IMG/VR virus record: IMGVR_UViG_2740892367_000002
Coordinates: 1 to 64,000 of that record
Length of the DNA: 64,000 nucleotides
Strand: one strand, 5' to 3'
Origin: a virus
Taxonomy: Duplodnaviria; Caudoviricetes
The translations under genes were made by a program, and so were the position numbers. Below the pieces are notes generated by a model, which had not been told where the DNA came from, did not search any database, and saw only the letters and a program-made list of their open reading frames with translations. Below are positions 26,181 through 36,832 of the stretch, in pieces; the first letter of the stretch is position 1; every line of letters begins with the position of its first letter.

Positions 26181-28754
26181 ATGCAAATCCCGCTCTATCA
26201 GCAACAGATCAACGTAGGCGGCGGTTTGCCCGCGCCACGCGCGGACGCCAACCCGGTGTCAGGCGCCATCGGCCAGGGGCTCCAGAACGTAGGCCAAGGC
26301 CTGCAGCAGGTCGGCTACGGCCTCGCGCATGAAGAGATCGTCGGCGCTAAGCTACTGCGCGAGCAGGAGGAACAGGACGCCAAGGCTTGGGCTGGAAATG
26401 CGCTGAGCAATGCGCAGCTTCAGTGGCAGCAGAACATGAAGGAGCGCCAGGAAGCGGCCACCGGCGGCGCGCCTGGATTCACGCCGCAACTGATCGGCGA
26501 CTTCGATAAGTACACCCAGCAGACGCTGCAGAGCGCGCCTACGCCGCAGGCCAAGCAATATCTGCAGCAGCACCTGACTGCGCTGCGCACGCAACTTGGC
26601 GGCCAAGCTATCAGCTTCGAGGCCGGCGCGCGGGTGGCGGATCGCGTCAATACCACCTCCGATTCGATCACGAAGCAGGCAAGCCTGGTCTTTGCAGACC
26701 CGTCCAAGGCGGATTCCGCCGTACGTGTGATCGAAGAGACGATGCCGGAGGTTGGGCCAGAGATGCGGACCAAGCTGCTGGCCAAGGCGAAAAGCGAAAT
26801 TTACTACGCTGCCGCCGCTTCCATCGCCCGCAGTAATCCGGATGCTATCGTTGGGCCGCCCGGGTTGGGTGCGAACGCCGCCACCGGTGGTCAGTACGCG
26901 GGCGGGTTTTCTGGCGCCGATGCCTTCATCGCGCAGAAGGAGGGCGGTTACACGGCAAATGACAACGGTCGCGGCCCGACCAACTTCGGCATCAACTCGC
27001 AGGCGAATCCCGACGTGGATGTCTCGAAGCTGACGCCAGAGCAAGCCTCGCAGATCCGCAAGACCCGCTATTGGGATGCCATTCACGCCGATGCGCTGCC
27101 GCCTTCCATGCAGCCGGTAGCCTACAACTTCGCCATCCAGGCGGGCGCCGGGGCGGCGAACAAACTCTTGCGCGAAGCTGGCGGGGATGCCGCCAAGTTC
27201 AATGACATGGCCAAGTCTTACTACGCCGACATCGCCAAGGGGGACGCCAAGCAGGCGAGCAACGTGCCGATGTGGCAGAAGCGCAGCGATGAGGCATTCA
27301 AGATGGGTTCGGCGTCGAGCACGCCAGCGGATAACCCCGTGCTGGCCAATCTACCGTTTGAGACGCGCATCCAGGTATTCAATCAGGCCAAGACGCAGCA
27401 GAGCCAGAACATGGCGATGGCGCGCGCTCAACTCGACACCCATCTGCAGGACGCTCAGTCCATGGCAGTCGATGGCAAGACAGATCCGACGCCGCTCAAC
27501 CTGGATGATCTCGTGCGCGCCTATGGGCCGCTGGAGGCCCCGGCCCGGTATCGGCAATACCAAGACGGGCAGCAGATGGCGCTGGACGTGGCGAACCTGA
27601 AGGGCATGCCATCGCAGGATATTGCTGACATGGTGCGCTCGCGCGCGCCGACGGCAGGCCCCGGCTATGCCAGCGCGGACCGCGATCACCAGATCTTGCA
27701 GGCTGCTGCCTCCCGTGTGATCCAGCAACGCGAATCTGACCCGGCTGCCTACGCTGTGGCCAATGCGCCGGCAGTCAATACGGCGCAGCAGGCGCTTCAG
27801 GCCAATCCCTCACCCCAAACGGCGCAGGCCTACGCGCAGGCGTCGCTGGCCGAACAGCGCCGTCTCGGCGTCTCCAAACCGCAGGTGCTGACCAAGCAGC
27901 AGGCCGAATCGATTACCGGTCAGATCAACGCCAACGGGGGCGCACAGGCCGACCAGGTGATCCAGCAGCAGGCGCAGTTGTGGGGAGACCGCTGGGGCGA
28001 TGTATTCGGCCAACTCAAGGACATCACGCCGGTGGCCAAGGTGCTCGGCTATTTGGGCAACAGCGTGGACACCGCAACCAGGCAACAGGTGCTGGCCGCA
28101 GCAAACACGAAGATGGAAGCGCTCAAGGATGGCCTTGATCCACCCAACATCAAGGCGGCGGAATCGAAGCTGCAGGCGCTCAGCCAGCCTTTTGCCGCGA
28201 CCATGGCCTATTCGCTCGGGGGAGCTTCGACCTTCGGTGCGCTCTACGACTCGGCAAACCGGTTGAGCCTCACCTACATGCGGCAAGGCATGAGTCCGGG
28301 TGACGCGGCCACCAAGGCCTTCACGTCGGTCATGGGCAACCAATTCACTATCCGCGACACGGCACGCATTCCCAAGGAATTCGACGCCGACCAGGTAATG
28401 ACCAGCGCCAGGACGATCATGGGTGACCTGAACAAGCTTGACCTGACCCTGCCGCCAGCGCCGAAGACTATGAAGCCGGAAGACGCTAAGGCGCTCTACG
28501 CCTCGAACCTGCGCAGCAACGGCAAGTGGATCACAAGCGCCGACGGAAAGGGCCTGGTGCTGTTCGACCCGGTATCGCAGACCATCGTCACCACGCAGGA
28601 CGGAAAGCCCGTGGGAGGGCAGTTCTCCACGATGGGCGCAAAGCCTGTTGCCGCCGCACCGGTCAAGCCGACACCCACCACGCCGACTGGACGCGAGGCG
28701 TTCGCGCAGATGACCAATGAGGCCGCACAGTCGGCCCGACCGGAGATCTTCTGA
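26181..28754 (+). CDS. Internal virion protein with lysozyme-like (GH108-like) domain
   Basis: EGGYTANDNGRGPTNFGI...RYWDAI within a large helical protein. Confidence 0.75.
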   Translation: MQIPLYQQQINVGGGLPAPRADANPVSGAIGQGLQNVGQGLQQVGYGLAHEEIVGAKLLREQEEQDAKAWAGNALSNAQLQWQQNMKERQEAATGGAPGFTPQLIGDFDKYTQQTLQSAPTPQAKQYLQQHLTALRTQLGGQAISFEAGARVADRVNTTSDSITKQASLVFADPSKADSAVRVIEETMPEVGPEMRTKLLAKAKSEIYYAAAASIARSNPDAIVGPPGLGANAATGGQYAGGFSGADAFIAQKEGGYTANDNGRGPTNFGINSQANPDVDVSKLTPEQASQIRKTRYWDAIHADALPPSMQPVAYNFAIQAGAGAANKLLREAGGDAAKFNDMAKSYYADIAKGDAKQASNVPMWQKRSDEAFKMGSASSTPADNPVLANLPFETRIQVFNQAKTQQSQNMAMARAQLDTHLQDAQSMAVDGKTDPTPLNLDDLVRAYGPLEAPARYRQYQDGQQMALDVANLKGMPSQDIADMVRSRAPTAGPGYASADRDHQILQAAASRVIQQRESDPAAYAVANAPAVNTAQQALQANPSPQTAQAYAQASLAEQRRLGVSKPQVLTKQQAESITGQINANGGAQADQVIQQQAQLWGDRWGDVFGQLKDITPVAKVLGYLGNSVDTATRQQVLAAANTKMEALKDGLDPPNIKAAESKLQALSQPFAATMAYSLGGASTFGALYDSANRLSLTYMRQGMSPGDAATKAFTSVMGNQFTIRDTARIPKEFDADQVMTSARTIMGDLNKLDLTLPPAPKTMKPEDAKALYASNLRSNGKWITSADGKGLVLFDPVSQTIVTTQDGKPVGGQFSTMGAKPVAAAPVKPTPTTPTGREAFAQMTNEAAQSARPEIF

Positions 28755-30553
28755 TGCCGCTCGTTCTCGACGGAGATTTTGAGGCGCCTCTTAAGCCCAT
28801 CACGGATTATCCAACGCCGCTCGGGGATTACCTGTCGGCCAAGGCTGGCGAGGCGGCACAGAGCATCACAGACCGATGGAACTATGTCGCCGGCGCACGG
28901 CCCGGTAATACCATCATCGGCTATGACGGCGACGGCGTTCCGATGTATGGCGACGATCCGAGCCAGACTCGAGTGCCGGCCGATGTAGCTCAAGCGCAAT
29001 TGGATGCCGCTGGTGCCAAGATGCAGGCGCCGGAATCTGGCATGTACCGCGATGTGCTTGACGGCCTGGTGCAGCGCCAGCAGGAGAAGACCGCGCGGGA
29101 AGTCGCCATCAGTGCGTCGCCTACTGGCCTACGCTCCGTCGCAGGTTTCGGCGTGCAGGCGGGCGTCTCGATGCTGGACCCGATCAATTTGGCCACGGCC
29201 TTTGTGCCGGTAATCGGCCCAGCCAAGTACACGGCGCTGCTGGCCGAGGCGGGTGGCATGGCGGCGCGTACCGGCATACGGCTCGGAATCGGTGCGGCAG
29301 AGGGCGCGGTGGGAACGGCGCTGGTGCAGCCGCTGGATTACCTTGTGGCGCGCAACGTCGGCGACGATTTCACCATGACGACTGCACTCGAGAACGTTGC
29401 CTTCGGTGCGGCGTTCGGCGCCGGCCTGCACTCGATTGGGGGTGCGGCCAAGGATCTTGTATTCGGCGCCCCGGCCAAGGTCGCACTCGAAACCGATGTG
29501 CCCGCGCGACTGCCTGAATCGGTCAGCCCGGACGTGCTGCGCACTGCGCCGAAACCGCTGGTGATCCATTTGGAAACCGGAGACGTACCGATTTCACCGA
29601 TGGGTGCGGCCTGGATGAACAACAGCGTCTCGCATGAGACTCGCATCGCGGCGACCTCGACAGCGGTTTCGCAACTGCTGGATGGGCGCGGCGTAACGGT
29701 CGAACCGATCATCCGCGCCGATCCAGCGTTGCAACTGCAGATGGCCGCGCGCCAGCAGCCGGCCGACATGACGCAGGCACTGGCTCAGGCCGCCGATGAC
29801 GTGAAACCCCAGCTGCGCGCCGAGCTTTCCGCGCAGGCTGCGAACCGGGCCGAGCCTGGCGCGGTGGCAGAAATGCGGGCGCAACTTGGCCGGTTACAAC
29901 AGGAACTGGACGCCATGGGTGAGGCTCCGCCCAAGTCCGATATTCGCGCGCTGCAGCAATCCGAGAAACTCAAGTTCGGCGAAGCCGAGAAGCGGGCCCA
30001 AGCCGAGCACGACGCGCGCCGCGGCGAACTGCAGGACCAGGCCGAACGGCTGCAGCAGCAACTTGATACCAATGCGCGCGCTTCTGAAGCCGAGAAGGAT
30101 CTAGCCACGCTGGAGCGCGGCGAGGTGCCAGAGCGTTATCAGGATCAGGTGCAGCAGCGCGCCGAACAATTGCTGCAGGGTGATCCGATCCAAGCCGCTG
30201 TGCGCCGACAGTTCGCACCGTCAGAGGAGGCCGACCGCGCGGCAGTGCAGCGCTTTAATGCTGCCGAGAATGTGGCTGTGGCAGATTCCGAGATGGCGCG
30301 CGCCGCCGATACGCGCCTGGCCGAGACGCCCGAGCCGGTGCGCAATGCCACGACCGAGGGGGCCGAGCAAAGCATGAAGGATGCACAGGTGAAGTTCGAA
30401 GAGACGGTTTCCGAGTTGCAGCGCACTGGAGCGACCGAGCGGACCATTGCGTCCCTGCGTGATGCGCTGGCAGCCTTCGAGGCCGATGTGAAGGATGCTG
30501 CGGCGCTTGCCAAAGGCCTGATGAATGCTGCGTTGTGCGGAGTGATGCGATGA
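28754..30553 (+). CDS. Internal virion (ejection) protein
   Basis: Gly/Ala hydrophobic segment (LDPINLA) followed by coiled coil. Confidence 0.7.
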   Translation: MPLVLDGDFEAPLKPITDYPTPLGDYLSAKAGEAAQSITDRWNYVAGARPGNTIIGYDGDGVPMYGDDPSQTRVPADVAQAQLDAAGAKMQAPESGMYRDVLDGLVQRQQEKTAREVAISASPTGLRSVAGFGVQAGVSMLDPINLATAFVPVIGPAKYTALLAEAGGMAARTGIRLGIGAAEGAVGTALVQPLDYLVARNVGDDFTMTTALENVAFGAAFGAGLHSIGGAAKDLVFGAPAKVALETDVPARLPESVSPDVLRTAPKPLVIHLETGDVPISPMGAAWMNNSVSHETRIAATSTAVSQLLDGRGVTVEPIIRADPALQLQMAARQQPADMTQALAQAADDVKPQLRAELSAQAANRAEPGAVAEMRAQLGRLQQELDAMGEAPPKSDIRALQQSEKLKFGEAEKRAQAEHDARRGELQDQAERLQQQLDTNARASEAEKDLATLERGEVPERYQDQVQQRAEQLLQGDPIQAAVRRQFAPSEEADRAAVQRFNAAENVAVADSEMARAADTRLAETPEPVRNATTEGAEQSMKDAQVKFEETVSELQRTGATERTIASLRDALAAFEADVKDAAALAKGLMNAALCGVMR

Positions 30554-33024
30554 CCAATACCTGTCTGGAAGCACTGGAGGAAGGTGCAGGCCGCGCCGTC
30601 GGCGCCGATGAAGCCGATGCGCTCTTTTCCCGGCTGCAATCCAAGCAGCGCCAACTTGCCTTCGAACGCCCCGACCTGTCAGAGCGCGACGTGGCCGCCC
30701 AGGCCGCGCAGCAGATCGGCGACGAACTGCACTCGGCCGCCTACATCCAGAAGCGCAACGCGCTTATCAACGCCACCATCCGCGCCGAGCGCGTGCAGTG
30801 GGTCCAGAAGAACTTCGGCGCCAGACCGGCAGAGGGATTGGAAGCGATCCTGGTGGGCGTGAATCGCGCCAAGAGCGGCGCGCGACTCTCTGTCATGTCG
30901 GTGCAGAAAACTCTGCGCGACAAGGTGCTTGGCGGTTTTGTCTACGATCTGGAGAAGCTTGGCGCGACCAAGATCCTCGCCAGCGGTGTCATGGACCGTG
31001 ACATCTCCCGCGCACTGTGGGCCATCGGGCGGCCGGATGAAGCGGACCTCACGCGCGGCCTAGCGCCAATGGCGGCCGACATTGCCAAGGTGATAAACAA
31101 GTGGCAGGAGTGGACGCGCACAGCGGCCAATGAGGCGGGCGCGTGGATCGGCAAGGAGGCGGGGTACATTGTCCGCCAGTCGCACGACATGCTGAAGATT
31201 CGCAATGCTGGCTTCGAGGCATGGCGCGACGGCGCGCTGCGTTTCTTTGATCTGCCGCGCATGGTAGCTGAGACCGGCGAGCAGAACACGGACAAGCTGT
31301 TGCGCGGCATCTTCGACAACCTGGCCAGTGGCGACCACATGAAGGCGATCTCGCGCGTCGAGGATCAGCCGTTTCAGGGACCGGGCAATCTCGCCAAGAA
31401 GCTCAGCGAGTCACGCGTGGTCCATTTCAAGGACGCTGATTCGTGGTTTGACTACAACCAACTCTACGGCACCGGCAACCTGCGCGAGGCGGTGGCTGCT
31501 GGCCTGGAGCGCGGCACACAGAAAATCGGTCTGCTGCGGCAGCTCGGGCCGAATCCTGGCGCGATGATGGATTCGATCACTCAGCAACTCGTGAAGGATG
31601 CCAAGGATGCGGGAGAGTTCGCCAAGATCGATGGCATCAACGAAGCGCAGAAGAAGCTTGGTAACTTCATGGCGGCGGTGGACGGCTCGATGAGCATTCC
31701 GGGCAATGCCTTGTGGGCACGTCGCGGCGCCAATATCCGTGCCTGGCAGTCAATGGCAAAGCTCGGCGGCATGATCATGTCGCAGTTCAATGATGTAGCC
31801 GTCTACGGTTCGGAAGCCCGGTATCAGGGACGCTCGTTCCTGAGCGGCATGGGTGAGTCGCTCGCCGGCCTGGGTGCTAGCTTGAAGAGCGAAGAGCGCA
31901 AGGAACTGCTCGCCAGCATCGGTGTGTACTTCGAGTCTGCCATGGGCGAGATTGCGCGCACTGGCTCGTTTGAAGATGCTGGCGCCCTGACCCGGGGGCA
32001 ACGCTTGTTCTTCCGCCTGAACCTCGGGCACTGGTGGTCGGAGAAGCAGCGCGCCGCCGCAGCCATGGGCATGTCCCACCATATGGCGCTGCAGGCCGAG
32101 AAGTCATGGGATGCACTGGCGCCGGAATACCGCCGCGTGCTGGAACTGTACGAGATTGACGCAGGGAAATGGGATGTTGTGCGCGCGTCGGCGCAGAAGC
32201 AGATCGACGGTCGCGCGTACATTACGCCTGACACGATTGCCGATCCGAAGATCGCCGACCAGGTGCAGACCTACCTGAACGACCGAACCGGATTCTTTCA
32301 GTTGGAGCCGGACGCAAAGACCCGGGCCATTATGCTGCAGGGCACGCAGCCCGGCACTTTCCTTGGCGAGTTCATGCGCTTCCTGACGCAGTTCAAGAGC
32401 TTCACCGGCGCCTATCTGCAGAAGATCTTCGGGCGCGAGTTGTACGGCCGCGGCTATGAGGGCAGCAGCATTTTTGGTGCGCTGGGCGCCGGAAACGGGG
32501 AGGCCATGGGCATCGTCAACGTGGTGCTGTGGTCCACGCTCTTCGGCTACGGCTCGATGGTGGCCAAGGACCTGGTAAAGGGGCGCACGCCGCGTACCAT
32601 GAATGACGACCCAACCAATGATGCCAAGGTCTTCATGGCGGCCATGGCCCAGGGCGGCGGCATGGGGATCATGGGCGATTTCGTCTTTGGCGAGGCCAAC
32701 CGCTTCGGCGGCGGCATGCTCTCTTCGCTGGCCGGACCGACTGCCGGGGCAGCCAATGACATCGTGAGCCTCTACCAGACCATGCGAGACGATGCGGTCA
32801 ACGGCACGCTCACTGGCGGCAAGGTCGGCTCCGACGCGCTGCGCGTGGCGCTTAACAACACGCCTTACCTGAACCTGTTCTATACGCGCATCGCCTTGGA
32901 TTACCTGCTGTTTTACCGGATGCAGGAAATGATGAATCCGGGATACCTGTCCCGTATGGAGCAACGTGTGCGAACACAGAACAACCAGGAGTTCCTGCTT
33001 CCTCCTAGCAGCGTGGCCCAGTGA
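30550..33024 (+). CDS. Large internal virion (ejection) protein
   Basis: About 824 aa; GEFMRFLTQFKSF and QGGGMGIMGDF motifs of epsilon15/BPP-1-type ejection proteins. Confidence 0.75.
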   Translation: MTNTCLEALEEGAGRAVGADEADALFSRLQSKQRQLAFERPDLSERDVAAQAAQQIGDELHSAAYIQKRNALINATIRAERVQWVQKNFGARPAEGLEAILVGVNRAKSGARLSVMSVQKTLRDKVLGGFVYDLEKLGATKILASGVMDRDISRALWAIGRPDEADLTRGLAPMAADIAKVINKWQEWTRTAANEAGAWIGKEAGYIVRQSHDMLKIRNAGFEAWRDGALRFFDLPRMVAETGEQNTDKLLRGIFDNLASGDHMKAISRVEDQPFQGPGNLAKKLSESRVVHFKDADSWFDYNQLYGTGNLREAVAAGLERGTQKIGLLRQLGPNPGAMMDSITQQLVKDAKDAGEFAKIDGINEAQKKLGNFMAAVDGSMSIPGNALWARRGANIRAWQSMAKLGGMIMSQFNDVAVYGSEARYQGRSFLSGMGESLAGLGASLKSEERKELLASIGVYFESAMGEIARTGSFEDAGALTRGQRLFFRLNLGHWWSEKQRAAAAMGMSHHMALQAEKSWDALAPEYRRVLELYEIDAGKWDVVRASAQKQIDGRAYITPDTIADPKIADQVQTYLNDRTGFFQLEPDAKTRAIMLQGTQPGTFLGEFMRFLTQFKSFTGAYLQKIFGRELYGRGYEGSSIFGALGAGNGEAMGIVNVVLWSTLFGYGSMVAKDLVKGRTPRTMNDDPTNDAKVFMAAMAQGGGMGIMGDFVFGEANRFGGGMLSSLAGPTAGAANDIVSLYQTMRDDAVNGTLTGGKVGSDALRVALNNTPYLNLFYTRIALDYLLFYRMQEMMNPGYLSRMEQRVRTQNNQEFLLPPSSVAQ

Positions 33025-33148
33025 TTCACGTGCTTGTTTCTCATAGGTCTAACACCGTCAAAGCGGCTATCTTCTGCGCATAGACAGCAGCGGGCCATGA
33101 CCTGCTGCGGACAATCGCCGCTCTCGGAGACGTTCATCCGAGGGCACC

Positions 33149-35317
33149 ATGACGGTAACTACCACCAATTCGCGTATCTCGTACACCGGCGATGGCGTAT
33201 CGACGGTCTTCCCTTTCCCCTACTACTTCCTGCTCCCCACCGACATCAAGCCCTATGTTAGCGGCGCACAGCTGCTGAACGGCTTCACGGTGGTGGGGGC
33301 GGGCTCAACGTCCGGCGGCTACGTCACGATCACCCCGGCGCCAGCGGCCGGCGCGCCGATTCTGCTATTGCGGGACCCCGATACGCTACAGCAGACGGCG
33401 TTTCCGCCGAATGATCCATTCCCATCTAGCGCTACGGAAAAGGGATTCGACAAGCTCACCATGATTCTGCAGCGCGTGGTCGACCGTTTGTCGCGTGCAC
33501 TCCAAACGGCAGACACGGACACCACGGCGCTACTCGGACCGATTCCGTCGGCGACCGCACGTGCCGGCATGGTGCTGGGATTCGACCCGCTCGGGCAACT
33601 CATCATGCTGCCGCAGACGAGCAGCATCGGCGCCGGCGACATGCGCGTCGATACGTTCGCCGCGGGCGTGGACTTCACAGCCGGCGTCACCACCGCGCTC
33701 AATCTGTCGCGCGCCCCGGGCAGCCCGGCGAATCTGGAAATCTTCTTCGATTCGAATTATCAGGGCCCGGATCAGTGGATCTTGGCTGGCACTACGGTGA
33801 CCTTTACTTCTGCCATCCCGGTCGGAGTGGTCAAAGTTTTTGCTCGTAGCGGCACGACGCTCTCCACGCAGATCACGCCGGATGAGTCCATTACCGATGC
33901 GAAGATTTCGTCTAGCAATACCGTGCTGGACGCCATCGTCAACAAGCTCAAATTCCTCGCTGCCGGCACCGGGGCGATCTACCGGGCGCTGCGCGACAAG
34001 CTGCGGGATCGTGTCCATATCAAGGACTACGGCGCATTGGGGGATGGGGTTACGCCGGCCAGCGCTGCGATCCAGGCAGCGATTAATACCGGCGCAGGTC
34101 GCGTGTGGGTTTCGGGGGGCACGTACCTCATCAATACGACGATCGAACTGCGGGATAACCTCATCATCGAGTTCGACAAGGACGCCAAGTTCATCCCTGA
34201 GACCGATAACCTCACGATCTTCAAGGCGAGCACGCACGCGTATTTCTCGCAGATCCGCAGCGCGACGCTGGATGGCAACGGCAAGGTGGGCATCACCGGC
34301 TTTGATCTGCAGAACTTCCGCCTGCAGGCTGGGCTGTATGAATGCTACGTCACCAACATGACCAATGGCGCGGTCTTCCGCACCGGCTGCTTTGGCGCCA
34401 AGGTGGACGGATTCACGGCCTACAACGGCGTGCCGAACCCGATCACCTGCACCGAGAATTGCGCGGTGATCGACATCATCAACCCGCGGCTCGATAACGA
34501 GACGGGCGTTGGCGCTGGCACCGGGAACGGCATCTCGGTGCAGGCCGTGGGTATCCCGAACGAAGGCGTGCGCATTACAGGAGGCTACATCCAGGGCTTC
34601 CAATACGGCGTGCTGGATAACGGATTGGGCACACGGATCAGCGAAACCTACTTCGAGCAATGCGCGCTTGGCGACGTGTTTTTCAACGGGGCACGAAATT
34701 CCTCAGCGCGGGATACGCAGCACTTTGCTGCGATCGGGGCGGCGGCGTTCAAGGGTCGCAACTGCGATGGCATCACGATCTGGAATCCTGATGCCGGCTC
34801 CGGCGCGCGAACGGTGCTCTACGATTTCGATTCCACCTGCTCTAACTGCAACGAGTACCGCGCCGGTAGCAATGCGGGGTACAACACCCCGACCGGGAGC
34901 TTGACCTACCTGTCACAACTCGCGTCTCGGTCTACGCAGTCCTTTACGCCGACCGTGGCCGGCACCTCGGTCGCCGGGGTCGGCACCTACTCCGCGCAGG
35001 ACGGCCGCATCTCCTTGCACGGCGGTTATGTGGAGATCGCCGGGACAATCGGCTGGACCGCGCACAGTGGCTCGGGGCCAATGACGATCAACGGCATCCC
35101 GGCCGGGTTCGCGCCGGCCAGCTACTCCCCGCGGCGCATCGCGCAGTTGGAGGTGGATGGTATCGCCTACACCGGGCCGGGACTCTATGCCTATTTCAAC
35201 GGCAGCGGCACGCAATTGTCAGTGGCGCAGGTCAGCACGGCAGGGGCTACCACGCTATTGAACTTGCCGTCCACGGGGACTCTGCATTTCAAATTGAGCT
35301 ACGACTCGCACGCATAA
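33149..35317 (+). CDS. Tailspike/fibre with pectate-lyase-like beta-helix
   Basis: YTGDGVSTVFPFPY...DKLTM anchor domain; IKDYGALGDG...AIQAAIN...GGTYLI beta-helix start. Confidence 0.82.
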   Translation: MTVTTTNSRISYTGDGVSTVFPFPYYFLLPTDIKPYVSGAQLLNGFTVVGAGSTSGGYVTITPAPAAGAPILLLRDPDTLQQTAFPPNDPFPSSATEKGFDKLTMILQRVVDRLSRALQTADTDTTALLGPIPSATARAGMVLGFDPLGQLIMLPQTSSIGAGDMRVDTFAAGVDFTAGVTTALNLSRAPGSPANLEIFFDSNYQGPDQWILAGTTVTFTSAIPVGVVKVFARSGTTLSTQITPDESITDAKISSSNTVLDAIVNKLKFLAAGTGAIYRALRDKLRDRVHIKDYGALGDGVTPASAAIQAAINTGAGRVWVSGGTYLINTTIELRDNLIIEFDKDAKFIPETDNLTIFKASTHAYFSQIRSATLDGNGKVGITGFDLQNFRLQAGLYECYVTNMTNGAVFRTGCFGAKVDGFTAYNGVPNPITCTENCAVIDIINPRLDNETGVGAGTGNGISVQAVGIPNEGVRITGGYIQGFQYGVLDNGLGTRISETYFEQCALGDVFFNGARNSSARDTQHFAAIGAAAFKGRNCDGITIWNPDAGSGARTVLYDFDSTCSNCNEYRAGSNAGYNTPTGSLTYLSQLASRSTQSFTPTVAGTSVAGVGTYSAQDGRISLHGGYVEIAGTIGWTAHSGSGPMTINGIPAGFAPASYSPRRIAQLEVDGIAYTGPGLYAYFNGSGTQLSVAQVSTAGATTLLNLPSTGTLHFKLSYDSHA

Positions 35318-35324
35318 AGGGACC

Positions 35325-36479
35325 ATGATGCGCAAATCTCTAATCGCACTATTCGCCGCCGCGCTGGCCTCGATCGCGAGCGCGGCAACGCTCTCGCCCA
35401 TTCAACTGCTAAACCCAACCGGATCAACGGCTGGGCAGGCTATCGTTTCGATGGGGCCAAGCACGGCGCCAGGCTGGGCCACGGTCACGGCTGGCGGCAT
35501 TACGCCGATCGCGGCGAACTCGGTCTATGCGAACTTCACTGGGGCCAGCGCATCGCCGATCGCCAACGCGGTACCGAGTTGCAGCACCGGCAACAGCGCG
35601 CTGAAGTACACCAGTGGCACCGGTTTCTCATGCGGCGCGACGTTCGCGCTGACCAGTGGCAACCTGTCGCAGTTCGCGGCCACGACCTCAGCGCAGCTAG
35701 CCGGCGCGCTCTCCGATGAGACTGGCACCGGCCTAGCTGTGTTCGGAACCTCTCCATCCCTGACCACGCCGACCATCGCGGGCGGCGCGCTCTCCGGCAC
35801 CTTCAGTGGCACGCCCACGTTCAGCGGCGCTGTGACGTTCAGCACGGCCGTGGCCGTTACGTCTGGCGGAACCGGATCAGGCACGGCATCCGGTGCGCGT
35901 ACCAACCTCGGGTTGGGCACCATCGCCACGCAGAATGCCAGCGCGGTAGCCATCACCGGCGGATCGATCGACGGCGCAGCAATTGGCCAGGTAACTGCCG
36001 CAGCAGGCACGTTCACCAACGTGCAGGCCACGGGCTTTATCAACCCTTCGCAGACTTCGGGCCTGATCGGGACCACGACCAACAACAATGCGAGCGCGGG
36101 GAGCTGGGGCGAGTATCAGTCCGCTTCGCCGGTTGGCATATCGCTGACAAACTCCACGGATACGAACATCACCAGCATCAGCTTGACTGCTGGCGACTGG
36201 GACGTAACAGGGAACGTCTACTTCACGACCGGCACGGGCGACACTATGACTGCTGGGCGGGTAAGCGTTTCGGCAACATCCGCTACGCAGGCCGCAGTGC
36301 CCTTGTACACCGCGATCGGCGGGATTTCTGTAACGCCCGGCAACGAGGTGTCCGGGATCGCCCCAATGCAGCGGTTCTCTGTCTCGACCACTACCACGGT
36401 GTTCCTTGTCGCCACGGGCTTTCACTCCGGCGGCACGCTGACCGGGCAAGGCATCGTCCGCGCGCGACGGGTGCGCTGA
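35325..36479 (+). CDS. Tail-fibre-like Thr/Gly/Ser-rich protein with N-terminal signal peptide
   Basis: MMRKSLIALFAAALASIASA leader; GGTGSGTASGARTNLGLGTIATQ fibre motif. Confidence 0.7.
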   Translation: MMRKSLIALFAAALASIASAATLSPIQLLNPTGSTAGQAIVSMGPSTAPGWATVTAGGITPIAANSVYANFTGASASPIANAVPSCSTGNSALKYTSGTGFSCGATFALTSGNLSQFAATTSAQLAGALSDETGTGLAVFGTSPSLTTPTIAGGALSGTFSGTPTFSGAVTFSTAVAVTSGGTGSGTASGARTNLGLGTIATQNASAVAITGGSIDGAAIGQVTAAAGTFTNVQATGFINPSQTSGLIGTTTNNNASAGSWGEYQSASPVGISLTNSTDTNITSISLTAGDWDVTGNVYFTTGTGDTMTAGRVSVSATSATQAAVPLYTAIGGISVTPGNEVSGIAPMQRFSVSTTTTVFLVATGFHSGGTLTGQGIVRARRVR

Positions 36480-36503
36480 TCCATTTTTGTTTGACCGGGG
36501 AAA

Positions 36504-36824
36504 TTGATGGACATGAAAGAGGGTGGGCGGCGTAGATGGATCGACACCACGATCAACCTGCAAAGCATCGTCAGTGCGCTGATCGGTGCCGGTGTGGTGG
36601 TGGTGATCGCATGGTTCGCGCTGGTCGGCCGCGTGCAGGCGCTGGAAGCCAAAGACGTCGAGCACGACGCACGCTTCGGCAGGATGGAAGGCGACCAGCG
36701 CCAGTTGCGCCAGGACGTGAAAGACCAACTCAGCGCCATCGGGCAGAACGTGGAGAAGATCCGCGACTACCTGCTGGACAATGCGGCCGGCCAGCGGCCA
36801 GACATTCGGAAGTGGGCCAAATAG
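36504..36824 (+). CDS. Membrane protein with coiled coil (holin/antiholin candidate)
   Basis: One TM segment then coiled coil; starts lysis cassette. Confidence 0.6.
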   Translation: MMDMKEGGRRRWIDTTINLQSIVSALIGAGVVVVIAWFALVGRVQALEAKDVEHDARFGRMEGDQRQLRQDVKDQLSAIGQNVEKIRDYLLDNAAGQRPDIRKWAK

Positions 36825-36832
36825 GAGGCGCC

